From Kiritimatiellia bacterium (GTDB lineage: Bacteria > Verrucomicrobiota > Kiritimatiellia > RFP12 > UBA1067), in assembly GCA_045628545.1 (NCBI GenBank), contig JAZQPI010000018.1:3643-67642 (forward strand): DNA of 64,000 nucleotides. Reading direction: 5' to 3'. Both the position numbers and the translations under genes were made by a program. The notes under the pieces are model-generated. The model made no database searches, was not told where the DNA came from, and worked only from the letters and a program-made list of their open reading frames with translations. The stretch's first letter is position 1, and each line of letters opens with the position of its first letter. Shown in pieces: positions 1 through 8,399 of this stretch.

Positions 1-1
1 C

Positions 2-1825
2 GTGGATAAGAACAACGAGATCGTCCAATTGGTTGAAGACATTTGGGATTCACGCAGCAAAGAAGGGTGCTATTATCTCGGCACTCTTGTCGTTAATCGT
101 CGAAATAAGGATGCGGAAGGCAAGGATGTCTATGAAGTAATTGATGGCCAGCAACGTCTGACGGCACTGTTCATCATCTTCGCGTGTCTTGGGCGGCTGG
201 AGGATTCGGGCAAGTTGAAGTACGAGAGCCGTCCGTGGGCCGACACGACACTTGAAAACATCGACAAGTTCGTCAAGGGTGAAAAGACTCTTGACGACGT
301 GGAACTCGAAGGAAGTATTGTCGATGGCGTCGGTACGGTGAGAGATGCGCTGAGGGGCAAGAACACAGAAGAGTTCGTACGCGCACTGGAGAAGACGGTC
401 CTGTTCCGGGTTGAGGTGCCGCCGAATACGGATCTCAATCACTATTTTGAAATCATGAATACGCGCGGTGAGCAGCTGGAGCCGCAGGACATTGTCAAGG
501 CTCAGCTTCTTGAGGCGATCGGAGATCCGGGGAGAAGGGACTTTTTCGCCAAGGTCTGGAATGCCTGTAGCGACATGACCGGTTATGTCCAGATGAAGTT
601 TGACGTTGCGACACGAGACACGCTGTTTGAGGAGCAATGGAATGCGCTGCCGGTTCATCTTGAGAATCCGTCTGCGGCGGAAACGAGACGTTCGTTTAAG
701 ACGTTATGTGATGCCGTATTGGAGATCCATGAACCGGATGATGATGACGAGGAGGATGATCGTGAGGTTGTCGGGAAAGATGGATATCGTCCGCGCTTTT
801 CCGCCATTATAGACTTCCCCCATTTTCTGATGCATGTCCTTAAGGTCTATTTGGCGCCAGATGCCGAGACTGATGTTGGAGACTTGGATGACAAGGTCCT
901 GATTGACATGTTTAAGGAGGCGATGAAAGCCGGAACGGTTAACGGCCATTCGGTCACAAATGAGCAGTTCGCTTGGGGATACCTCAAATGCCTGTTGACC
1001 TGCCGCTGTCTTTTTGATCGCTATGTCATCAAGCGGGAGCGGGAGGGGGATGCAGATGCCGGCACGTGGAGTCTCCAGGAATTGCAGATGAGCAAAAGCG
1101 GTCGGGGAAATCGGAGTCGTAGCGCGACCTATGTTCAGACAAAAGATGAGGGAGGCATGCCTAACGACGTGATGAACGAACGAGTTCGGATGATTCAGTC
1201 CTGTCTCAGGGTGTCGTACACTTCTCCTAAGAGCATGCATTGGATTACGGCCTCGCTTCGGTGGCTCTATAGCCATAAAACCAACGTCAGCTTGGAGCAA
1301 CTTTGTGAAGTTGGCAAGAAGTTCGCGAAGCAGGGCGTGAGATGTGAGTTTTGGGCGAATGAGCATTTCGATAGTCTTGGTGTGCACACTCCGCATATCG
1401 CCTTGAATTTTTTGGATTATGTGCTTTGGGAGAAGATGCAGCGTGGTGATGCGGACGTTCAGGTTGTCTGCAGAACGAGAAGCATGCCGCAGCTGGAACC
1501 GTTTGCCTTTGAATTCCGCAACACGGTCGAGCATTGGTATCCGCAGCATCCGTCCGATTTTGATGCATGGGACAAGGTGGACATGTTCGGCAATCTCGCG
1601 ATTTTGCCCCGGAGTGAGAATTCTCGGTTCTCAAATCTCAAACCAAATGCGAAAAAGGAACAATTCGGGGAGAAGATTGCGCATGGCAGCCTGAAACTGC
1701 GGCTCATGGCCAATTTGACGCCGAAGGGTGAGGCCGGCGAGCGGCAATGGCGGGAAAAAACATGCCGAGAGCATGGCGAGGAAATGCTACGGATATTAGA
1801 ATCCGTCGTGGCTCGAGAAGGATGA
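2..1825 (+). CDS. DUF262 + DUF1524 (HNH) GmrSD-like modification-dependent restriction protein, probably 5'-truncated by the window edge
   Basis: VIDGQQRLT and FEIMNTRG (DUF262/ParB-like); TVEHWYPQ and FGNLAILPRSENSRFSN (DUF1524 HNH). The usual N-terminal YQR motif is absent, so the start likely lies upstream. Confidence 0.88.
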   Translation: MDKNNEIVQLVEDIWDSRSKEGCYYLGTLVVNRRNKDAEGKDVYEVIDGQQRLTALFIIFACLGRLEDSGKLKYESRPWADTTLENIDKFVKGEKTLDDVELEGSIVDGVGTVRDALRGKNTEEFVRALEKTVLFRVEVPPNTDLNHYFEIMNTRGEQLEPQDIVKAQLLEAIGDPGRRDFFAKVWNACSDMTGYVQMKFDVATRDTLFEEQWNALPVHLENPSAAETRRSFKTLCDAVLEIHEPDDDDEEDDREVVGKDGYRPRFSAIIDFPHFLMHVLKVYLAPDAETDVGDLDDKVLIDMFKEAMKAGTVNGHSVTNEQFAWGYLKCLLTCRCLFDRYVIKREREGDADAGTWSLQELQMSKSGRGNRSRSATYVQTKDEGGMPNDVMNERVRMIQSCLRVSYTSPKSMHWITASLRWLYSHKTNVSLEQLCEVGKKFAKQGVRCEFWANEHFDSLGVHTPHIALNFLDYVLWEKMQRGDADVQVVCRTRSMPQLEPFAFEFRNTVEHWYPQHPSDFDAWDKVDMFGNLAILPRSENSRFSNLKPNAKKEQFGEKIAHGSLKLRLMANLTPKGEAGERQWREKTCREHGEEMLRILESVVAREG

Positions 1826-2002
1826 GATCATCGTGTCTTGAGGAAATTATCTTGAGCATGGAATGCTGGGATAAAGTACGATTTACTATTAAACAATGAT
1901 GGGGGCAAAAAGCAACATGGCGATTGGCGGGATGACAACCGGGAATGGTTCGGCGACCTGTTGGCTGTAGCGCAACTGGATTTCTGTTAGAGGAGAAAGC
2001 AA

Positions 2003-2113
2003 ATGGCAGACAAAGAAAGATTTTGCGAGATACTTAAGGCGACTGGTCGGGCTGGCGTCGATAAGGTGTTGGCGGGGCTGGAGGAGCTTGGCTTCTTCAC
2101 GGTCCGGCATTGA
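2003..2113 (+). pseudogene. N-terminal remnant of an HD-domain phosphohydrolase
   Basis: RBS AGGAG, then MADKERFCEILKATGRAGVDKVLAGLEELGFFT. Adding one base restores the family-like GFFTAPA; the downstream HD core is missing. Confidence 0.5.
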
Positions 2114-2203
2114 TGCGGTTGCTTCGTTGGGAAGGGTGCGACTGTAAAGGTTGTAAGATGTGGGGTTTGCCTGTGTATACTAGAGGTAGAAAGGAAAACT
2201 CAC

Positions 2204-3127
2204 ATGAGCATGATTCGAATTGTCGGTAAGCGTGGTAAGGGTTCGTTTGAGTCGCAGCTGGATGCGGCGGCGCTCGGGCAGGACTTCGTGCAGATCGACT
2301 GCACGTCCGGGAATAAGGACGAGGTGATGATGAAAGGGCTCTCTCCTTTTTACCTCGGCCCGATCGAGTGCTATGACGGACTCGTCGCGCAACGCTTTGA
2401 GCGTGCGTGGCAATGCGCGAAGGTCTATCCCTGGATGGTCGGGGCAGACGGGAATCCTGACGGGCGCTACTTTGCGTGGCGCGATGAGATGTGGGCGAAG
2501 GAGGGATTCGCGAATAAGAGCGAGATCCGATTCCCCGCAGGGAAGGGCAATGTCGGGAAGTGCCTTTACGCCTGGTGGAAAGTCGGAGGGGAGTTCCGGA
2601 AGCTCGGTTATGTCGCCGGACGTAAGGAGATCTACATTCCGCTTTACGCGAAGGCCGTGGTGAAAACCGAGGCGTACCGGCGGCTCTGCGAACTCCGCGA
2701 CGCGGGGAAGAATCTGATGTTGATTGACTTCGATGGCTATAACATCCATCATCCCCACTACAACTTCACCTACAACGACGCGATCCATTGTCCGATCCTG
2801 AAGATGGGGCACGGCTTTGTTCTGGCGATGTTGCTGGAGGGGCTGATTACTGTCGATGAGAACGGCGCGGTGAAGTACGCCGAAGGGCTGATGACGCCGC
2901 CGAATCGGACCTGGTCGTCAGACCTCCGGAAGCTGTCCGACGAGGTGAAGCTCGCACGCAATGCGACGGCCCTTGGCGTGACGCCCGAGGAGTTTGATGC
3001 GCTCGACGCCGCGACGCGCAAGTGGCTCCGTGCCGCGGCGAAGAAGGAAACGGTCTATGCCCGAGGCTTCACGAAGGCTGGGTGGAAGCGCCTGCCGCTT
3101 GGGGAGAAGCTGAAGTTTCGCGATTAA
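2204..3127 (+). CDS. DUF6939-like / NADAR-superfamily protein
   Basis: IDCTS...LSPFYLGP, RFERAWQCAKVY (NADAR-type E-x2-W/F-Q-x2-K), RKEIYIPLY, GHGFVL; RBS GAAAGGA. Confidence 0.6.
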   Translation: MSMIRIVGKRGKGSFESQLDAAALGQDFVQIDCTSGNKDEVMMKGLSPFYLGPIECYDGLVAQRFERAWQCAKVYPWMVGADGNPDGRYFAWRDEMWAKEGFANKSEIRFPAGKGNVGKCLYAWWKVGGEFRKLGYVAGRKEIYIPLYAKAVVKTEAYRRLCELRDAGKNLMLIDFDGYNIHHPHYNFTYNDAIHCPILKMGHGFVLAMLLEGLITVDENGAVKYAEGLMTPPNRTWSSDLRKLSDEVKLARNATALGVTPEEFDALDAATRKWLRAAAKKETVYARGFTKAGWKRLPLGEKLKFRD

Positions 3128-3146
3128 CTGAATTTTTGATTATTGA

Positions 3147-3184
3147 AAGAACGCTGTAAGGTCGTGGACTTTGCGGCGTTCTTT
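3147..3184 (+). terminator. Intergenic hairpin, putative terminator
   Basis: aaagaacgctgtaaggtc-gtg-gactttgcggcgttcttt imperfect stem between the two NADAR-like genes. Confidence 0.45.
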
Positions 3185-3222
3185 ATATTGTAGGTCAATT
3201 CATTACAGAAAGGAATTCAGAC

Positions 3223-3870
3223 ATGGCTACACGTCCGTTCTATCGTCCGTTGGAGAAGTTCGCCGGATACAAGACCGTCGATTCGGCGCCGTTTGAATGG
3301 CACGGCGGGTTCGCGTTCTCGCAGAAGCAGAAGAATGTCGTGGCGCTGCACGACGCCATCAAGAAGGTCGATCCGACGGCGAGGACGCTGGAGATCTCGA
3401 GCAAGTCGCTGCAGCCGCTGGGCGTGTCCCTGAGCGCGTTCAACCTGATGATGGACCTGAACGGCACGAAGTGTTCGGTCGAGTCGGTCTTCCAGTCCGG
3501 AAAGGTGTTCGAGGGCGGGGTCGGTCCGTTCCCGGAACTCTGCTCGCACGATTCGCGCGAGGTCCGTCATTTCGTCCAGGATCAGTCGGCCGGTCGCCGT
3601 CTGGTCGCCTTCGAGGTGAGCGGGGAACGGTGGCCGCTGGAGCCGAAGACCGCGTTCTTCTATCATCTCTACTTGAAGGCGCTGGTTGACAATCCGACGC
3701 TCGCCGACGGACTGATGGAATATGACGCGTTCACCGACATCGAGTTCAATCCGAAGCGGCAGATCAACTGTCAGGCCGCGGCCGCCGCGTTTTACGTCTC
3801 GCTGAGAAAGCTCGGAAAACTCGAGTGGGCGATGTCCTCGAAAGAGAATTTCCTGCGGACGAATCCGTAG
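3223..3870 (+). CDS. DarT1-associated NADAR antitoxin-family protein (DUF6977-like ADP-ribosyl hydrolase)
   Basis: FEWHGGFAFSQKQK, LEISSKS, LSAFNL, SVESVFQSGKVFEGG, YDAFTDIEFNP, NCQA motifs. Confidence 0.78.
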   Translation: MATRPFYRPLEKFAGYKTVDSAPFEWHGGFAFSQKQKNVVALHDAIKKVDPTARTLEISSKSLQPLGVSLSAFNLMMDLNGTKCSVESVFQSGKVFEGGVGPFPELCSHDSREVRHFVQDQSAGRRLVAFEVSGERWPLEPKTAFFYHLYLKALVDNPTLADGLMEYDAFTDIEFNPKRQINCQAAAAAFYVSLRKLGKLEWAMSSKENFLRTNP

Positions 3871-3877
3871 CCTGATT

Positions 3878-3907
3878 TTGGTATAGTGTTAAATGTTATG
3901 GTATAAT
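3878..3907 (+). promoter_or_regulatory. Putative sigma70 promoter upstream of the foldback element
   Basis: TTGGTA (3878-3883), 18 bp, then extended -10 TGgTATAAT (3899-3907). Confidence 0.5.
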
Positions 3908-4007
3908 CCGAGTTTGTCACTTTGTGATCGGTCAAAATGACGTTTCACCCAATAACGACAGGCATTTGCGAGCCGTTTCGCCTCGTTGGCGGGTCGGTCC
4001 GCGAATT

Positions 4008-4473
4008 TTTTCACCACGGAAGGCACGGAAACTGCATTCGCAGGCACAGAAGCGGTCGGGGAAAGAGACCCGAAAGACGATTCAACCGCAATGCTACCCC
4101 TCCGACATGCGGGCGATTTGAGCACTTTTCGCCACGAGCCAGGCATTGCCGTAGTCATTGGCTATCCATTGCCTTCAGCGAAAAGTTCAAATCGCCCGCG
4201 TGGGTGTTTGGAAGTCGTGTGTCGTGCAAGCCCTGCAAGCAAGGGGCGTCGGCGACACGCGATTCAAATTGCCCAGCGCGAACGGTTTGAACAATTTCGA
4301 CACGGGGACTGCAGTCCATAGGACGCCGTTTGAGCACTCGCGTCGAAATTGTGCTCAAACCGTTCGCAGGGTGGCGGGGGGCATAGGAGGGTTGAATTGT
4401 GCAAGGCGGTCCATTTCCCCAACCGTTTCTGTGCCGCCCGAATGCGGGTTTCCGTGAACTTCCGTGGTGAAAA
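4008..4473 (+). repeat. ~470-bp imperfect inverted repeat (rod-shaped foldback), axis near 4239
   Basis: 4008-4022 pairs perfectly with 4459-4473; 4023-4070 with 4408-4458; 4109-4125 with 4351-4367; 4214-4224 with 4253-4263. All pairs share one axis. Confidence 0.85.
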
Positions 4474-4614
4474 TCCCCGGCTGTTTGAGGCGCGGGGGTG
4501 GTCCCGCCTGCTCGCCCGATCCGCAGATGACGGGCCCCACGACATGATTTCGACGCGCGTGCTGGGGCACGCGCCCGTACGCCGGCGGTCGAAATCACGT
4601 CGCACCCGTCATCG

Positions 4615-4820
4615 TGCTCTCGTGCGCCAGTCGGCTCCCACCCCACGCGCTGGAGGGGCGTTTCTAAAGCGGCTGTTGCAACTCTTAATAGTTGAAAGAA
4701 CCACTCTCCAACTCCAACTCTTGACTCCAACTGAACCAAATCGAACAATCGAACAATCGAACAATCTGAACAATCGAACAATCGAGCAATCTTTTTTGCT
4801 CTCGTGCGCCAGTCGGCTCC
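4615..4820. repeat. 24-bp direct repeats flanking short tandem repeats
   Basis: tgctctcgtgcgccagtcggctcc at 4615-4638 and 4797-4820; internal CTCCAA repeats and about six GAACAATC units (4739-4791). Confidence 0.85.
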
Positions 4821-4924
4821 GAGAGAGTGAAATCGATCTGGCGACCGTCAATATTGGGTGAGACAGACTCTTATTGATGTTCAAAGTGGCAAACTCGCAC
4901 CCTTGCGACGCTTACGATATTTTC

Positions 4925-4958
4925 TTTATTTTCCAAACCCGCAAAAAATTGATATAGT
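4925..4958 (+). promoter_or_regulatory. Promoter-like motif upstream of the small ORF-clpP-AAA unit, shared with 8295-8328
   Basis: TTTATTTTCCAA-N12-TTGATATAGT, containing an extended -10 (TGaTATAGT). Confidence 0.55.
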
Positions 4959-5185
4959 GTGCGTGGTTTTATTTTTGAGGGCCCTTGGACTCTCAATTTT
5001 GCTCCTTGACAACTGATTTCATCAATCTCCGTGAACAGAAAGGCGTGTCTTTTGAAGATGTGTCTTTTTTTAAAAAATCAACAAGAAAGGAGGTTTATAT
5101 AATATAATGACACTTTCGTGTGTCAGGTGTCCGGCATTGCAAGATTGTGCCGGCAGTACAGTTTACTATTACGAAAGGAGCGAAA

Positions 5186-5362
5186 ATGAAGACAGACAAC
5201 CTATTCGAGGAAATAAAAATCAAGATGGTCATGAAACTTCGTGGCTTGCCCCGCGAGGCGGCCGTCAAGGAGCTGCGCGGGAGCTGCGGCCGGTCGATGG
5301 ACATCGGCCGCTGCGAAAGCGACGAGCTTATGTCAGCCGAAGATTTTTTTGGCGAGGACTAA
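5186..5362 (+). CDS. Small hypothetical protein (58 aa) leading the clpP operon
   Basis: Strong RBS AAAGGAG before ATG 5186; basic N-half and acidic tail DELMSAEDFFGED; ends 29 bp before clpP. Confidence 0.6.
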   Translation: MKTDNLFEEIKIKMVMKLRGLPREAAVKELRGSCGRSMDIGRCESDELMSAEDFFGED

Positions 5363-5391
5363 AACATTAACCAACGAGAAAGGACGACAAC

Positions 5392-5970
5392 ATGCAGAAT
5401 ATGCTGATCCCGATAGTAGTCGAAAAGTCAGGCGGCGGGGAGCGCGCGTATGACATCTATTCGCGCCTCCTGAAGGACCGCATCGTGTTCGTGAGCGGTG
5501 AAGTCGAGGACGGAATGGCCAACGCCATCGTCGCGCAGCTTCTGTTCCTCCAGGCCGAGGACCCGGAGAAGGAGATCTCTATGTACATCAACTCGCCGGG
5601 CGGCAGTGTTACGGCGGGACTCGCCATCCTCGACACCATGAAGATGGTGAAGTGCCCGGTCGCGACCTATTGCGTCGGCCAGGCGGCTTCGATGGGGGCG
5701 ATCCTGCTCGCGGCCGGCGAGAAGGGCCGCCGTCACGCGCTCCCGAACGCCCGCATCATGATCCACCAGCCGTGGGGCGGTGCGCAGGGCAAGGCCAGCG
5801 ACATCGAGATCACCGCGAAGGAGATACTTCGGCTCAAGGAAATCCTGAACGGCATCCTCGCGGAAGCCTCCGGCAAGACGCTCGAAGCCGTCACCAAGGA
5901 TACCGACCGCGACCACTTCATGTCCGCCGCCGAGGCCAAGTCCTGGGGTATCGTGGACAAGGTCTTGTAA
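5392..5970 (+). CDS. clpP: ATP-dependent Clp protease proteolytic subunit (accessory copy)
   Basis: [29 protein letters not shown] (Ser), IMIHQP (His), DRDHFMSA (Asp). Confidence 0.97.
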   Translation: MQNMLIPIVVEKSGGGERAYDIYSRLLKDRIVFVSGEVEDGMANAIVAQLLFLQAEDPEKEISMYINSPGGSVTAGLAILDTMKMVKCPVATYCVGQAASMGAILLAAGEKGRRHALPNARIMIHQPWGGAQGKASDIEITAKEILRLKEILNGILAEASGKTLEAVTKDTDRDHFMSAAEAKSWGIVDKVL

Positions 5971-5986
5971 GGGGCCTTGGCTTTCA

Positions 5987-6022
5987 AATCGAACAATCAA
6001 ACAATCACACAACCAAACAATT
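5987..6022. repeat. Degenerate GAACAATC 8-mer tandem repeat
   Basis: aatc-gaacaatc-aaacaatc-acacaacc-aaacaatt between clpP and the AAA gene; same unit as 4739-4791. Confidence 0.6.
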
Positions 6023-6029
6023 CCCTATT

Positions 6030-8204
6030 ATGGCTAAATTCAAACAGGTTCCGCAGTCATATCTCTTCCACAAGCTCTTGAACTTCTGGGGGAATATGGT
6101 TAAAAACTACAGCAGCGAAGTGCAGGACAATGACTTTTTCGACATCGTCCGCAACTGCTTCGACCACGACAAGGCGGTCGAACTGATTGAGATCGCCTAC
6201 ACGCCAGAAGAGATCAAGGCGATGACGGAGAGCCGCTCTCGCCGCGGCCGCCTCGACTTCGACGATTCTCTCGACGATGTCTTTCAGAGCCTCTGGAATC
6301 ACGACGAGAACCGTGAGAAGTGCCGCATCGTCCTGCAGTCCATCAAGGACTATATGGCCGACGACAGCCCCAAAACCAAGGACGAGACGATGGAAAGGCG
6401 CTTCATGGAGCTGAAGCGCGTCCTTCATCTTTCCGACCTCGAGTTCGACTTGCTGACCGTCGCCTATGTGAGTTCTCAGACCTGCTTCTGCTGGCCGCGC
6501 CGCGTCGCGGACCGCGACAAGCCGCTCTACTTTGCGATGGCGCTCGACCGCTCCTATCCCGAGGTCCTGCAGGCGATGAACGCGAAGGGCAGGCTCCGCA
6601 AGTTCAACCTGCTGGACAGCGACTGGGACTTCAACTGCCGCACCATCGGCGGCTACATCGACGGTACCGACTCCGAGGCCGTCGAGCGTCGCTTCTACAA
6701 GCGGAACGCGGAGGCCGAGGTCCTGCCGTGGGACTTCTACGGCGAACTCGCGTCCAAGGACGGCGAGGTCCTGAAGCGCATGCTGGCGGCGAAGCCCAAG
6801 AAGTGCAATATCCTCTTCTACGGCGCGCCGGGAACGGGCAAGACCTCCTTCGCCCGTACGCTCGCCGAGGAGCTCGGCCGCACGGCCTGGGAGATCAAGC
6901 AGGGCGACGATGACGGCAAGAACATGAAGTCCGAGGCCCGTATGATGGGCATCCAGATCTGCAACGAGCAGGAGTCCGCCGACGAGTCGCTCATGATCGT
7001 CGACGAGGCGGACGAGCTTCTGCGCGGCAGCTCGTGCGGATTCAGCCCCTTCGACCTCGACATAGGCGGGAAGTCCACCGAGAAGGGCGTGATGAACGCG
7101 ATGCTCGACGAGATGAAGATGCCGGCGGTGTGGATCTCCAACGCGCCGGCGTGCATGATGGACGAGAGCGTCCGCCGGCGTTTCGACTACTCGATCTGCT
7201 TCGAGGAGCTGAACAACACGCAGCGCGTCTCCATCTGGCGCAATGTCGTCAGGAAGCTTGAACTCGGCGATCTGATCTCCGAGACGCAGATCGCCGACTA
7301 CGCCGAGAAGTACGCGACGAGCGCGGGCGGCATTTCGACCGTCCTTGATAACGTCAAGCGCCTCAACCCCGGAAAGGACAAGGTGGACGAGACCGTCGCG
7401 ACGCTCATGAAGCCGCACTGCAAGCTCATGGAGGTCAAGGAGGCGAACCGCTTCCTTCCCGCCAAGGGCTATTCGCTCGAAGGCCTCAACATCAAGGGCA
7501 AGGTCGGCCTTGAGAAGGTCGTGAAGGCTGTCCGCAACTACATGGACGCGTCCTTCAACGCGAAGAGCGAAGACGTGCCCCGCATGAACCTGCTCATGTT
7601 CGGACCGCCCGGAACGGGCAAGACGGAGTTCGTGAAGTATCTCGGCAAGGAACTCGACCGCAAGATCATCGTGATGAAGGGCTCGGACATTCTCTCGAAG
7701 TGGGTCGGAGAATCCGAGCATAACATCGCGAAGGCCTTCATCCGCGCCGGACAGGAGCGCGCGATACTGTTCTTCGACGAGATCGACGGACTCGTCCAGG
7801 CGCGCGAGCGGGCCTCGTGTAGCTGGGAGGTCGCCCAGGTCAACGAGCTTCTCCAGCAGATGGAGAACTTCGACGGCGTGATGATCGCGGCGACGAATTT
7901 CTGCAAGAACCTCGATCCGGCGATCATGCGCCGCTTCACGTTCAAGCTGGAGTTCGACTATCTTGACGACGCGGGCAAGAAGTCCTTCTTCGAGCGCATG
8001 TTCAAGACCGAGCTGACCGACGCCGAGTTCGGCGAACTGAAGTCGATCAGGAACCTCGCGCCCGGAGACTTCCGCACGGTTCGCCAGGAGTCCTTCTACC
8101 TCGGAGAGGCCCAGACGAACGCGGACCTCATCGCGGCACTGAAGGATGAATGCGCACTCAAGAAGGACGGCGAGAAGACGGCGAAAATCGGTTTCGGCGC
8201 CTAA
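6030..8204 (+). CDS. Double-AAA+ ATPase (classical AAA clade, SpoVK/Ycf46/Vps4-like) with C-terminal IGF motif
   Basis: D1 GAPGTGKT/LMIVDEAD/RRRFDY; D2 GPPGTGKT/ILFFDEID/AATNFCKNLDPAIMRRF; ends KTAKIGFGA. The ORF-track extension to 5652 overlaps clpP and is disregarded. Confidence 0.92.
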   Translation: MAKFKQVPQSYLFHKLLNFWGNMVKNYSSEVQDNDFFDIVRNCFDHDKAVELIEIAYTPEEIKAMTESRSRRGRLDFDDSLDDVFQSLWNHDENREKCRIVLQSIKDYMADDSPKTKDETMERRFMELKRVLHLSDLEFDLLTVAYVSSQTCFCWPRRVADRDKPLYFAMALDRSYPEVLQAMNAKGRLRKFNLLDSDWDFNCRTIGGYIDGTDSEAVERRFYKRNAEAEVLPWDFYGELASKDGEVLKRMLAAKPKKCNILFYGAPGTGKTSFARTLAEELGRTAWEIKQGDDDGKNMKSEARMMGIQICNEQESADESLMIVDEADELLRGSSCGFSPFDLDIGGKSTEKGVMNAMLDEMKMPAVWISNAPACMMDESVRRRFDYSICFEELNNTQRVSIWRNVVRKLELGDLISETQIADYAEKYATSAGGISTVLDNVKRLNPGKDKVDETVATLMKPHCKLMEVKEANRFLPAKGYSLEGLNIKGKVGLEKVVKAVRNYMDASFNAKSEDVPRMNLLMFGPPGTGKTEFVKYLGKELDRKIIVMKGSDILSKWVGESEHNIAKAFIRAGQERAILFFDEIDGLVQARERASCSWEVAQVNELLQQMENFDGVMIAATNFCKNLDPAIMRRFTFKLEFDYLDDAGKKSFFERMFKTELTDAEFGELKSIRNLAPGDFRTVRQESFYLGEAQTNADLIAALKDECALKKDGEKTAKIGFGA

Positions 8205-8246
8205 ACGGGTTCGACTGAAAACGAAGGGGAATACTATATGAGGAGA

Positions 8247-8288
8247 TTCTGGCGTTATATCGCTTTAAAAGCGCATATAACGCCAGAA
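8247..8288 (+). terminator. Long hairpin, putative intrinsic terminator after the AAA gene
   Basis: ttctggcgttatat-cgcttt-a-aaagcg-c-atataacgccagaa followed by a T-rich tract. Confidence 0.65.
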
Positions 8289-8294
8289 ATCCTT

Positions 8295-8383
8295 TTTATT
8301 TTCCAAGAGCCGAATATTTTGATATGATGAAAAGCGCAAAGGGGCCCGGCATATTTCATTCACACTACGAATTCACACTACGA
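8295..8383 (+). promoter_or_regulatory. Promoter motif plus 13-bp tandem direct repeat upstream of the ECF-like gene
   Basis: TTTATTTTCCAA-N12-TTGATATGAT (8295-8328); attcacactacga x2 (8358-8383). Confidence 0.55.
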
Positions 8384-8399
8384 AAGGACAATACAACCT

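Noticed and set aside
4739-4791. CRISPR array
   Set aside because: 8-bp tandem units without unique spacers, and no cas genes in the window.
3889-4884. Short ORFs across the foldback region
   Set aside because: No RBS, codon bias or motifs; the sequence is explained by palindromes and tandem repeats.
5652-6029. 850-aa version of the AAA ATPase overlapping clpP
   Set aside because: The extension is an alternative frame of clpP plus the repeat spacer; ATG 6030 is the plausible start.
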